NCBI GenBank assembly: GCA_000431135.1
Contig: HF987891.1
Location: forward strand, 7,286-71,285
Direction: 5' to 3'
From: Clostridium sp. CAG:590
Lineage (GTDB): Bacteria; Bacillota; Clostridia; Lachnospirales; Lachnospiraceae
Length of the DNA: 64,000 nt
This document shows positions 10,901 to 18,756 of this stretch, one piece after another. Within the stretch, counting starts at the first letter, position 1. The number at the start of each line of letters is the position of its first letter. The position numbers were made by a program, and so were the translations under genes. The notes beneath the pieces are model-generated. The model had not been told where the DNA came from. It saw only the letters and a program-made list of their open reading frames with translations, and ran no database searches.

Positions 10901-13605
10901 TAGAAGCTTCTGATCATTTTCCGAGTGATGATGCACATATTGATGTTGCGTTTGATTATGCGGGAGTTCAGGCAAACACAGAGTCATATGTATTGAATGT
11001 ATCTCCACTTAGAACGACTGCACAGTATCGCTTTACAACAGAGGGAAAATACCGCGCAACAGTAACGGGAACAGATAAGGCAGGAAATATAGCAACGCCT
11101 GTACAGACGGATATCGTTGTGGATAAGACAAGTCCGAAGCTTTCCATTTGTGGTATGCAGTCGGGAACAATGACAAAGAACCCGGTAACACTGACATATG
11201 AGGCGACTGATAAGAATCATGATTTTGATGAATATCAGGTAACGGTGCATCGTACAACGTTGGATGGAGAAAACGAAACGATTGTGGAAAAGGGAGCTGT
11301 ATCCTGGAAACAAGAAGGTTACGATAAGAATGCGCAGGTAGATTATACAACACAGAAGACATCGGTCTATAGTAAAGAAGGTAACTATACGATCACGTTT
11401 GAGGGAACGGACCGGGCAGGCAATGTGGCGACAGCGCGAACCGTTACATTTTCGATCGATCATACAGCGCCGGCAATATCGAATGTACAGTATTGGAATG
11501 AGAATAGTCTGTTACAGCCCCGATATAGCATTATATTTAGTAATAAAATGATCCGCGTACAGTTTCAGGTTACGGATCGTGTAACAGGGGTACAGGATGA
11601 TCTGGTGTATGTAACATTGGGAACGGCTGCAGAACGGGCGGAGAATACACCGTTATATATTGCACGAAAAGGAAAAGATAGTAATTATTATGTATATGTT
11701 CCGCAGGATGTGTTACTTACAGAATATGATGGTGTGATCAGTATCTGGGCGAATGACCGGTTGAAAAATGAATCCAATGTACAGTCCGTGCGTATGATCC
11801 AGAATACAGATCATGCTGTGATTGTGATGGATTGTGATATTGATTATACAACATGGCAGAGCAGGGACGTTACATTTCACACCAAAGTGAAGGATAACAA
11901 GTCCGGTCTTAAGGAAGTGGTATATTCGATTGATGGCAAAGAGACAAAAAAGGTGGTATTCAAGGAATTTGTGAAAGAATACAGTTATGATCTCACAGCC
12001 ACAAAGACCGCAGAAAAGGCAAGTGGCTACACCATGTCCATTAAGGTTGTAAATAATACCGGAACAGAAAGTGAATCACACAGACAGGTGTACGTTGATA
12101 AGGAAGCACCGGTTGTCAGATTATCGGGTGTAACGAATGGCACGCATTATAATAAGAATGTAACAATCACAACGAATGTCGGGGATGTATCTTATAAGAA
12201 TACCAAAACGATATATTATGTGAAGCGTACGTTAGACGGAAAGACCTATACGGAAAAAGTGTCCGCCTGGATTATGAGTAAGAGGGAGGAGCAGAGAAAT
12301 CAACGCTTCCGCAAGGAAGGTACCTATAAGATCTATGCGGTAACAACCGACAGCGCAGGCAATATTACCCGTTCCAATACGTTGCGGTTTGTTATTGATA
12401 AGACTGCTCCAAAGCTTGCAATTTCCGGAACAACAAATGGTTCCATGAATGCAGGAGATGTGTCGCTTACATTTGACCTTACGGATTCCTATTATCAGAC
12501 GACGGATGCCGGAATCCGTATTGAGAAAAAGTTAGACGGAGCAACCACGACAGAAGAGATCTCTGCATTCCCGAAACAGGGGAAACATTCGTCTATGAAC
12601 AGGACGTTTTCGACAGATGGAACGTATCAGATTACCTTTACGGCAAAAGATAAAGCGGGTAATCGGGCGGTGACAAAAACGATTTCTTTTTCAGTTGATA
12701 AGACAAAACCACAGATCAGCATTACGGGGACTTCGAATTATGAGCAGTGGGATGAACCGGTTGCAATCCGATTTGCGGTGGAGGAATCCTACTATGCAGG
12801 TAACCATATCACCATTCGGGGAACCCGCACAGATATCAATGGCAAGGAAGAGGAGATTGACCTGCCTAAAATGGTGAATTCGTCCAAGTTAAGCAGCTTA
12901 CAGCAGATCTTTAGTGAGGATGGAATCTATGATTTTGTAATATCGGCAAGAGACGAGGCGGGTAATCAGGATGAGAAGGAAATTCATTTTGTATTGGATC
13001 AGACCAGCCCGGAAATACACAAAGTTGCAGAATATAGCGGTGGATATTTCCAGGAATTTCAGATTGCGGATACATTAGAAGAGGTGTTCAGGGATCTTAC
13101 GGTTGTATCGTATCGCATCCTGTTAAATGGAGTAGAATACGATGGAACAACGCCGGTTACGGATGAAGGAAAGTATAATCTTTCGGTGGAAGTTCAGGAT
13201 GAATTAGGACATAAGAGTACGGAAACTGCAGAGTTTATTATTGACCATACTGCACCAAAAGTAATATTTACCGGAGTGAAAGACGGGCAGGCGGTATCAG
13301 AAAGAGGAACCGTTACATTATCGCTGACCAATCCGGAAGATGAAATTACAAAGATTACCATGAATGACCAGGAGTATGATCCGGATACAAGGCAGTTAGA
13401 GTATTCGGAGTACGGAACATACCGGATCAATGTGGATTGTGTGGATAAAGCGGGTAACAAAGTGACAAGAACACTACAGTTCAATTATTATAATCCATTG
13501 ACGACAACCATTTTATTTGCTATTATGGGTGGACTCATTTTAATAACCTGTATCTGGTTATGGATGAGAACCATGAAGAAAGAAAAGGAAGAAGAAAGAA
13601 TATGA
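7993..13605 (+). CDS. Giant (1870 aa) secreted, C-terminally membrane-anchored surface protein with at least 11 Ig-like repeat modules
   Basis: TTG start with signal peptide (NRGRKYRK + hydrophobic + ATQA/AD); recurring module starts (I/V)D(K/H/R)(T/K/S)(A/S)P(K/T/V)(I/L/V)S..G; C-terminal TM LTTTILFAIMGGLILITCIWLW + KKEKEEER; no LPXTG. Confidence 0.75.
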   Translation: MNRGRKYRKTIAYCMIWLLLLQLLPGERMVATQAADVQQIAQITITAQNEYTPDDCKKINGEDVWELSYVIDHLGEGNPVYLTVKQTTDGSDVLLTDKELLTGTDLEWDTEGRSDSVAVHFQDSASDKATLILKKPQTECDYEIAIEVEDLAGVQVAKETKNIHFGKAIAPPDIVLRNVDAVVAGSVVDSVADGTWTNKDVAFDVEVKDGTTGLVKVTYELDGQPVDSPQTWDAAAPEKNAVTKKFSFDTSAASSQGHVLKVTAENAKGKDATLTKYILIDKGKPAISLHVKGDETKTVENTVYKAPFEIEAAVTDDLPTDMVSVQYKVNGISDSNKQNVRTFDAGQYVVSAIATDAAGNSTESAEVTFQVDGAAPTVTKLSSQSDGGYYRSKQTFQYQVDDDCLNGGKTTLTVKRTIDGISTLDPKTVSLSDTENTVTYDCEEEGLYEFTITAEDAVGNTLPEPYTFRFIIDKKAPTISVDASDKNGTGLANEGMSRQGVKISLQITDRNPDLSGYSIVTERTDGDGHKTTVTRYGTQIAWNTEGDPAKCEEIRKSVELPYEEEGYYTVTFSAKDQAGNDNSKKFSFYIDRSAPVINENDIAYRSNGISLSLKYGMIFSSRAIQVTFPVRDSISGLLYDGNAGAVYVTIGTKDQKAPDSMIYPADRIGNSEYYSVMLPLEKVKQFDNQITIWAKDQLLNEGYAESKRTIYNENPPVVAMEWADSNTAKEGDWSDRDVVYHTVVEDTFCGIRKITYKKIENGQEQIVKTVDFTSLENQQTEFVKRQEYDFVASDSATTTDGYELKIEVENNCGSTQEMSRMVYVDKEPPKVELSGVQNGKHYNQNQTIHTRVTDVSYKGTANGTRQSAVTTYHVTRMYDGKTETLFWKDMISDHMTSERDDVIAEEGTYEIYAKTVDCAGNTTTSDTIRFTIDKYAPVIEKVHVMKEPSGEQMPNADGIYYLNRNGRYIVEASDHFPSDDAHIDVAFDYAGVQANTESYVLNVSPLRTTAQYRFTTEGKYRATVTGTDKAGNIATPVQTDIVVDKTSPKLSICGMQSGTMTKNPVTLTYEATDKNHDFDEYQVTVHRTTLDGENETIVEKGAVSWKQEGYDKNAQVDYTTQKTSVYSKEGNYTITFEGTDRAGNVATARTVTFSIDHTAPAISNVQYWNENSLLQPRYSIIFSNKMIRVQFQVTDRVTGVQDDLVYVTLGTAAERAENTPLYIARKGKDSNYYVYVPQDVLLTEYDGVISIWANDRLKNESNVQSVRMIQNTDHAVIVMDCDIDYTTWQSRDVTFHTKVKDNKSGLKEVVYSIDGKETKKVVFKEFVKEYSYDLTATKTAEKASGYTMSIKVVNNTGTESESHRQVYVDKEAPVVRLSGVTNGTHYNKNVTITTNVGDVSYKNTKTIYYVKRTLDGKTYTEKVSAWIMSKREEQRNQRFRKEGTYKIYAVTTDSAGNITRSNTLRFVIDKTAPKLAISGTTNGSMNAGDVSLTFDLTDSYYQTTDAGIRIEKKLDGATTTEEISAFPKQGKHSSMNRTFSTDGTYQITFTAKDKAGNRAVTKTISFSVDKTKPQISITGTSNYEQWDEPVAIRFAVEESYYAGNHITIRGTRTDINGKEEEIDLPKMVNSSKLSSLQQIFSEDGIYDFVISARDEAGNQDEKEIHFVLDQTSPEIHKVAEYSGGYFQEFQIADTLEEVFRDLTVVSYRILLNGVEYDGTTPVTDEGKYNLSVEVQDELGHKSTETAEFIIDHTAPKVIFTGVKDGQAVSERGTVTLSLTNPEDEITKITMNDQEYDPDTRQLEYSEYGTYRINVDCVDKAGNKVTRTLQFNYYNPLTTTILFAIMGGLILITCIWLWMRTMKKEKEEERI

Positions 13606-14270
13606 TAAAAGCAGTTGTTTTTGATATGGATGGTGTTATTTTTGATTCGGAGCGTTTATACCGTAAGCATTGGATGATCACCGGGGCAGAATATGGAATT
13701 CCGGAAGAGGAGATGGAAGATCTTTGCAACCATATTGCGGGAGCAACCAGACAGCATAATGAACAATTGATGAAGGATCATTTTGGAGCAGATTTTGATT
13801 ATGATACATTCCGGGAGAAGACGATGACACGGATGGATGCGGAGATCGAACAGAATGGTCTGGATCTGAAACCGGGAGTCAGGGAATTATTTGCATATCT
13901 GAAAGAGCATCATTACAAGATAGGACTTGCAACTTCGACACAGGAGGAACGAGCAGGAAAGAATTTGCGTCGTGCCGGGATCCTGGATGTATTTGATAAG
14001 ATCGTATATGGCGGAGTTGTTCCGAATGGGAAACCGGCACCGGATATATACTTAGAAGCATGTCGGAGATTGGCAGTTGAGCCGGACGAAGCGCTTGGAG
14101 TAGAAGATTCCATTAACGGCGTGAAGTCGTCTTCTGCAGCGGGATTATACACAGTTATGGTGATCGATCTGATTCAGCCTACGGAAGAGATTCGGCCGTT
14201 GGCAGATCAGATATATGATTCTTTGTTTGATGTAATGGAGCTGTTAGAACAACAAAACAAAACGAAATAG
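13602..14270 (+). CDS. HAD-IA family hydrolase (beta-phosphoglucomutase-like phosphatase)
   Basis: MIKAVVFDMDGVIFDSE motif I, later GLATST and GKPAPD motifs; ATG overlaps the giant gene stop (ATGA). Confidence 0.8.
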   Translation: MIKAVVFDMDGVIFDSERLYRKHWMITGAEYGIPEEEMEDLCNHIAGATRQHNEQLMKDHFGADFDYDTFREKTMTRMDAEIEQNGLDLKPGVRELFAYLKEHHYKIGLATSTQEERAGKNLRRAGILDVFDKIVYGGVVPNGKPAPDIYLEACRRLAVEPDEALGVEDSINGVKSSSAAGLYTVMVIDLIQPTEEIRPLADQIYDSLFDVMELLEQQNKTK

Positions 14271-14366
14271 GAATATATAGATACACTCACTCATATATTG
14301 CATTAGTGCAATAGGAATGGAGAGCAGTATTGAGTAAATGCTGACCTTGCAGGAGGAGTGTGGAGT

Positions 14367-14729
14367 ATGAGTGTTGGAAGAAAATTTGCAACTGTTGTAG
14401 AAGGCTTGATCATTGCATATGCAGTAACAGGAGTCCTGTTGGCGGCACTTGCCTTTACTGTGTTTCGTTTTCATTTAAGTGAGGCGTTAACAGATGTGGC
14501 AATTGTGGCAATTTATGTAATTGTCACGTTTATTGGAGCATTTATTACCGGAAAGAAAGTAAAAGAGAGAAAGTTCCTTTGGGGGCTCCTGCTCGGAACA
14601 TTGTATATCCTGATCATATCGCTGGTGGCAATACTGATCGGTCAGGTGTTTCATGTGACAAGTACTGCGAATATTACAACAGCCGTGCTATGTGTTGGAG
14701 GAGGGCTGCTGGGAGGAATGATAAGCTAA
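14367..14729 (+). CDS. Small 4-TM membrane protein (resembles TIGR04086-family proteins often found beside SCIFF loci)
   Basis: About 120 aa, hydrophobic; AGGAGGAG RBS 8 nt upstream of ATG 14367. Confidence 0.55.
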   Translation: MSVGRKFATVVEGLIIAYAVTGVLLAALAFTVFRFHLSEALTDVAIVAIYVIVTFIGAFITGKKVKERKFLWGLLLGTLYILIISLVAILIGQVFHVTSTANITTAVLCVGGGLLGGMIS

Positions 14730-14737
14730 GATAAGCG

Positions 14738-14766
14738 TTGACCTTGGAAAAAGCATGTGTTATACT
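14738..14766 (+). promoter_or_regulatory. Sigma-A type promoter for the scfA-scfB operon
   Basis: TTGACC - 17 nt - TATACT, about 65 nt upstream of the scfA ATG. Confidence 0.5.
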
Positions 14767-14831
14767 AAATGAAATATGTATTGGTTCAGGGAGCATACCT
14801 GAATACTATTTATAAATGAGAGGTATATGAG

Positions 14832-14972
14832 ATGAAACATATTAAGACTTTAACAGACAAAACATTAAAGAACACAATGGAAAAAGGCGGATGTGGCGAG
14901 TGCCAGACATCTTGTCAGTCAGCTTGCAAGACATCTTGTACAGTTGGTAACCAGACTTGTGAGAACAAATAA
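14832..14972 (+). CDS. scfA: SCIFF (six-cysteines-in-forty-five) ranthipeptide precursor
   Basis: 46-aa ORF MKHIKTLTDKTLKNTMEKGGCGECQTSCQSACKTSCTVGNQTCENK; matches the conserved SCIFF pattern (GGCGECQTSCQSACKTSC); GAGAGG RBS; absent from the ORF track because it is under 60 aa. Confidence 0.85.
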   Translation: MKHIKTLTDKTLKNTMEKGGCGECQTSCQSACKTSCTVGNQTCENK

Positions 14973-14998
14973 TACATTTTCTGGTATGGTAATGGAAT

Positions 14999-15040
14999 AA
15001 AGAGGGCTGCTTATATTGGGCTGTCCTCTTTCATTTCGTT
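14999..15040 (+). terminator. Imperfect hairpin plus U-tract between precursor and maturase (possible partial terminator)
   Basis: aaagagggctgc...gggctgtcctctttcatttcgttt; one mismatch in the stem. Confidence 0.3.
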
Positions 15041-15102
15041 TCTAAGGATCTGAAGGAAACGGCTATGTGTTTCCGGAGACGTGAATAAGAGGTATAATAA
15101 AA

Positions 15103-16449
15103 GTGATACATCAGTATAAGAATAACGGCTATAACATTGTATTGGATGTCTGCAGTGGATCGGTTCATGTAGTAGATGATCTGGTATATGATGTAATCGC
15201 CTTGTATGAAGAGATGGATCCGGATGAGATTGTGAAGAGATTACCGCAATATCCGGAGAATGAGATACGGGAAGCGTATGATGAGATAACAGAATTAAAA
15301 GATCAGGGACAGCTTTTTACAGAAGATGTTTACAAGGATGCAATCATCGATTTTAAAAAACGCAAGACGGTTGTCAAGGCATTATGCCTTCATATAGCGC
15401 ATGATTGTAACCTTGCCTGCAAATATTGTTTTGCGGAAGAGGGAGAGTATCATGGTGGAAGAGCCCTCATGAGCTATGAAGTTGGGAAGAAAGCTTTAGA
15501 TTTTCTGATTGCGAATTCCGGTAACCGGGTGAATCTGGAAGTAGATTTCTTTGGTGGAGAGCCGCTGATGAATTTTCAGGTTGTGAAGGATCTGGTTGCA
15601 TATGGCAGAAGCAAAGAGAAAGAGTTTAATAAGAAGTTCCGTTTTACATTGACAACGAACGGCATGCTGCTGACAGATGAGGTAATGGAATTTGCCAACA
15701 AAGAGATGGCGAATGTTGTATTGAGCATCGATGGTCGAAAAGAAGTACATGACTTTATGAGACCAACCCGCAATGGCAAAGGAAGTTATGATCTGATCAT
15801 AGATAAGTTCAAGAAGATGGCTGAGATGAGACATCAGACCAATTATTATGTGAGAGGAACTTTTACACATTATAATCTGGATTTTTCTAAGGATGTTCTG
15901 CATTTGGCAGATATGGGATTCAAACAGATCTCAGCAGAGCCGGTGGTGGCTCCGGATGATATGGATTATGCAATTCGGGAGGAAGATCTTCCGCAATTGT
16001 TTGAAGAATATGACAATTTAGCAAAAGAGATGGTCAAGAGGGAAAAGGAAGGTAATGGATTTAATTTCTTCCATTTTATGATCGATCTTACAGGTGGACC
16101 ATGTTTATATAAGAGATTATCCGGTTGTGGTTCCGGAACGGAATACTTAGCAGTTACACCTTGGGGTGATCTGTATCCATGTCATCAGTTTGTTGGAATG
16201 GAGCAGTTCAAGTTAGGAAATGTTGATACCGGAATAGAGAAAACGGATATTGTAGATGAATTTAAACTTTGCAACGTATATGCAAAGGACAAATGTAAGG
16301 ACTGTTTTGCAAGATTCTACTGTAGCGGGGGTTGTGCAGCTAACTCATATAATTTCCATGGCAATTTATTGGATGCATATGATATCGGCTGTGAATTAGA
16401 ACGTAAACGTGTAGAATGTGCAATCATGATAAAGGCAGCTTTAGCCTAG
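15103..16449 (+). CDS. scfB: SCIFF radical SAM/SPASM maturase (thioether-forming)
   Basis: 448 aa; CLHIAHDCNLACKYC radical SAM motif plus C-terminal Cys-rich SPASM region (CKDCFARFYCSGGCAAN); directly downstream of scfA. Confidence 0.85.
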   Translation: MIHQYKNNGYNIVLDVCSGSVHVVDDLVYDVIALYEEMDPDEIVKRLPQYPENEIREAYDEITELKDQGQLFTEDVYKDAIIDFKKRKTVVKALCLHIAHDCNLACKYCFAEEGEYHGGRALMSYEVGKKALDFLIANSGNRVNLEVDFFGGEPLMNFQVVKDLVAYGRSKEKEFNKKFRFTLTTNGMLLTDEVMEFANKEMANVVLSIDGRKEVHDFMRPTRNGKGSYDLIIDKFKKMAEMRHQTNYYVRGTFTHYNLDFSKDVLHLADMGFKQISAEPVVAPDDMDYAIREEDLPQLFEEYDNLAKEMVKREKEGNGFNFFHFMIDLTGGPCLYKRLSGCGSGTEYLAVTPWGDLYPCHQFVGMEQFKLGNVDTGIEKTDIVDEFKLCNVYAKDKCKDCFARFYCSGGCAANSYNFHGNLLDAYDIGCELERKRVECAIMIKAALA

Positions 16450-16467
16450 AGTAAGGAGAGTAAAAGA

Positions 16468-18687
16468 ATGAAGAAAGCAAAGAGAAACAGTGTGCTGACT
16501 ATCATAGTCTTTATCCTTGTTCTTGCACTTGGCACTTTTACAGTAGTGCAGGGACTTGGTAAGAATCAGATTGGTAAGGCTGAGAACATTATCTTAGGTC
16601 TTGACCTTGCAGGTGGTGTCAGTATCACATATCAGATCAAAGAGGATAATCCTACTGATCAGGAGATTCGGGATACGATCGAGCGTTTACAGCAGCGTGC
16701 AGATGTATACTCGACAGACAGTAATGTATACAAAGAGGGAAACAATCGTATTAACATTGAGATTCCCGGTGTAAGTGATGCAAGTAAGATTCTGGAAGAA
16801 CTTGGTAAGCCGGGTGCTTTGGAATTCTTAGATGAGGACAATTATTCCAAGTATGCATCCGGACAGGAATATGAGACGGTATTAACCGGGTCCGATGTTA
16901 AGAATGCTTCTGCCGCAATTGATAATTCCGGTACCGTTCAGGAATATGTCGTTCAGCTTGCATTTAGCGATGAAGGAACGAAGAAGTTCGCAGATGCGAC
17001 AACAGCAAATGTTGGCAAACGTATTTATATTATATATGATGGTGAGATTGCTTCTGCACCTACCGTCCAGACTGCAATCACGGGTGGTAGTGCTGTGATC
17101 AATGGTATGGCTGATGATGAGGAAGCAGAACAGCTTGCACAGACCATTCGTATCGGTGCCCTTCCGTTAACATTGGAAGAGTTACGTTCGAATGAAGTCG
17201 GAGCAACGCTCGGTAAAGATGCTCTTAGCACAACCTTAAAGGCCGGTGCAATCGGTATGGCTGTGATTGCTGTCATTATGATCGGTTTATACTTATTGCC
17301 TGGTTTCATTTCTGTTCTTGCGTTGATTGCATACGTTGTGCTGATGTTATTGTGCCTGAATGGATTTAATGCCAGTCTTACACTTCCGGGTCTTGCAGGT
17401 ATCGTGTTATCTGTTGGTATGGCGGTTGATGCAAACGTTATTATCTTTACCCGTATTAAAGAGGAACTTGGTGCAGGAGCATCGGTTAAAAGTGCAATTG
17501 ATGCTGGTTTCAACAAAGCACTGTCTGCTATCTTAGATGGTAATATTACAACCTTGATCGCAGCCTTTGTATTGTACATTATGGGAAGCGGTTCCATTAA
17601 GGGATTTGCACTTACATTAGGTATTGGTATTGTGTTGTCTGTATTTACGGCATTGATTATTACCAAACAGTTATTAAAGGCAGCATATACATTAGGATTA
17701 CAGAGCCCGAAATTATATGGAGCGAAGAAAGAAGCAAAGGTTCACAATTATGTGAAGTTTTCCAGATTTGCTTATCTCATTTCCTTTGTTGCAATTGCAG
17801 CCGGCTTGATCGCATTACCGGTATTTAAGGGTAAGACGGGTTCTACCTTGAATTACAGCCTTGAATTTACAGGTGGTACTTCAATGACTGTTAATTTCGA
17901 AGAACGTTATGACCTCGCAAAAGCAGAGAGTGACATTCTTCCGGTGATTGCAAAGGCAGCAGGAATTTCAGAGGCAGATATTCAGGTTCAGAACGTAAAG
18001 AATTCCAATGAGATCGTATTTAAGTCTGCAGAGCTTTCAAATGACCAGAGAGATGCTGTTCAGACTGCGTTAGAAGATAATTTCAAAGTAAAAGAATTTA
18101 ACATGGAGAATATCAGTTCCACAATCAGTACGGAAATGCAGAGAAATGCAATTATATCTGTGTTGATTGCAACGGCATTGATGTTGATCTATATTGCAAT
18201 CCGGTTTAGTGATGTGAAGTTTGGTGCAGCAGCCGTTATTGCATTATTGCATGACGTATTAGTAGTATTTGCAGTGTATTCTATTGGACGGTTGTCTGTT
18301 GGTAATACATTTATTGCATGTATGTTGACGATCGTTGGTTATTCGATCAATGCAACGATCATTATCTTTGACCGTATTCGTGAGAACATGGTCAGCATGA
18401 GCAAAGAAAGTTATGCAACAATTGTAAATACTTCTATTTCCCAGACGTTGACAAGAACAATATATACATCCCTTACAACATTTGTAATGGTATTCTTTAT
18501 ATATATCATGGGTGTGCCGTCCATTAAGGAATTTGCACTTACCCTGATGTGTGGTATTGTTTGCGGTGCTTATTCTTCTGTATGTATTACCGGACCATTG
18601 TGGTACATGTTTAAGACCGGATTTGGTAAGAACGATAAGAATACAACTTCTAAAAAGATCAGCAAGAAGCAAACAAAGAAAGCATAA
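16468..18687 (+). CDS. secDF: Protein translocase subunit SecDF (fused)
   Basis: 739 aa, 12 TM, two periplasmic domains; typical SecD/SecF motifs. Confidence 0.9.
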   Translation: MKKAKRNSVLTIIVFILVLALGTFTVVQGLGKNQIGKAENIILGLDLAGGVSITYQIKEDNPTDQEIRDTIERLQQRADVYSTDSNVYKEGNNRINIEIPGVSDASKILEELGKPGALEFLDEDNYSKYASGQEYETVLTGSDVKNASAAIDNSGTVQEYVVQLAFSDEGTKKFADATTANVGKRIYIIYDGEIASAPTVQTAITGGSAVINGMADDEEAEQLAQTIRIGALPLTLEELRSNEVGATLGKDALSTTLKAGAIGMAVIAVIMIGLYLLPGFISVLALIAYVVLMLLCLNGFNASLTLPGLAGIVLSVGMAVDANVIIFTRIKEELGAGASVKSAIDAGFNKALSAILDGNITTLIAAFVLYIMGSGSIKGFALTLGIGIVLSVFTALIITKQLLKAAYTLGLQSPKLYGAKKEAKVHNYVKFSRFAYLISFVAIAAGLIALPVFKGKTGSTLNYSLEFTGGTSMTVNFEERYDLAKAESDILPVIAKAAGISEADIQVQNVKNSNEIVFKSAELSNDQRDAVQTALEDNFKVKEFNMENISSTISTEMQRNAIISVLIATALMLIYIAIRFSDVKFGAAAVIALLHDVLVVFAVYSIGRLSVGNTFIACMLTIVGYSINATIIIFDRIRENMVSMSKESYATIVNTSISQTLTRTIYTSLTTFVMVFFIYIMGVPSIKEFALTLMCGIVCGAYSSVCITGPLWYMFKTGFGKNDKNTTSKKISKKQTKKA

Positions 18688-18756
18688 TAGACTAGAAACA
18701 AATAGGGACATGGCAGGTAACCATGTCCCTATCATGTTTCATTAGGAGATTAATAT

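Noticed and set aside
9186-11463. Multiple antisense ORFs (60-160 aa) within the giant surface-protein gene
   Set aside because: Embedded in a continuous 1870-aa frame with periodic domain structure. Cys-rich or low-complexity translations.
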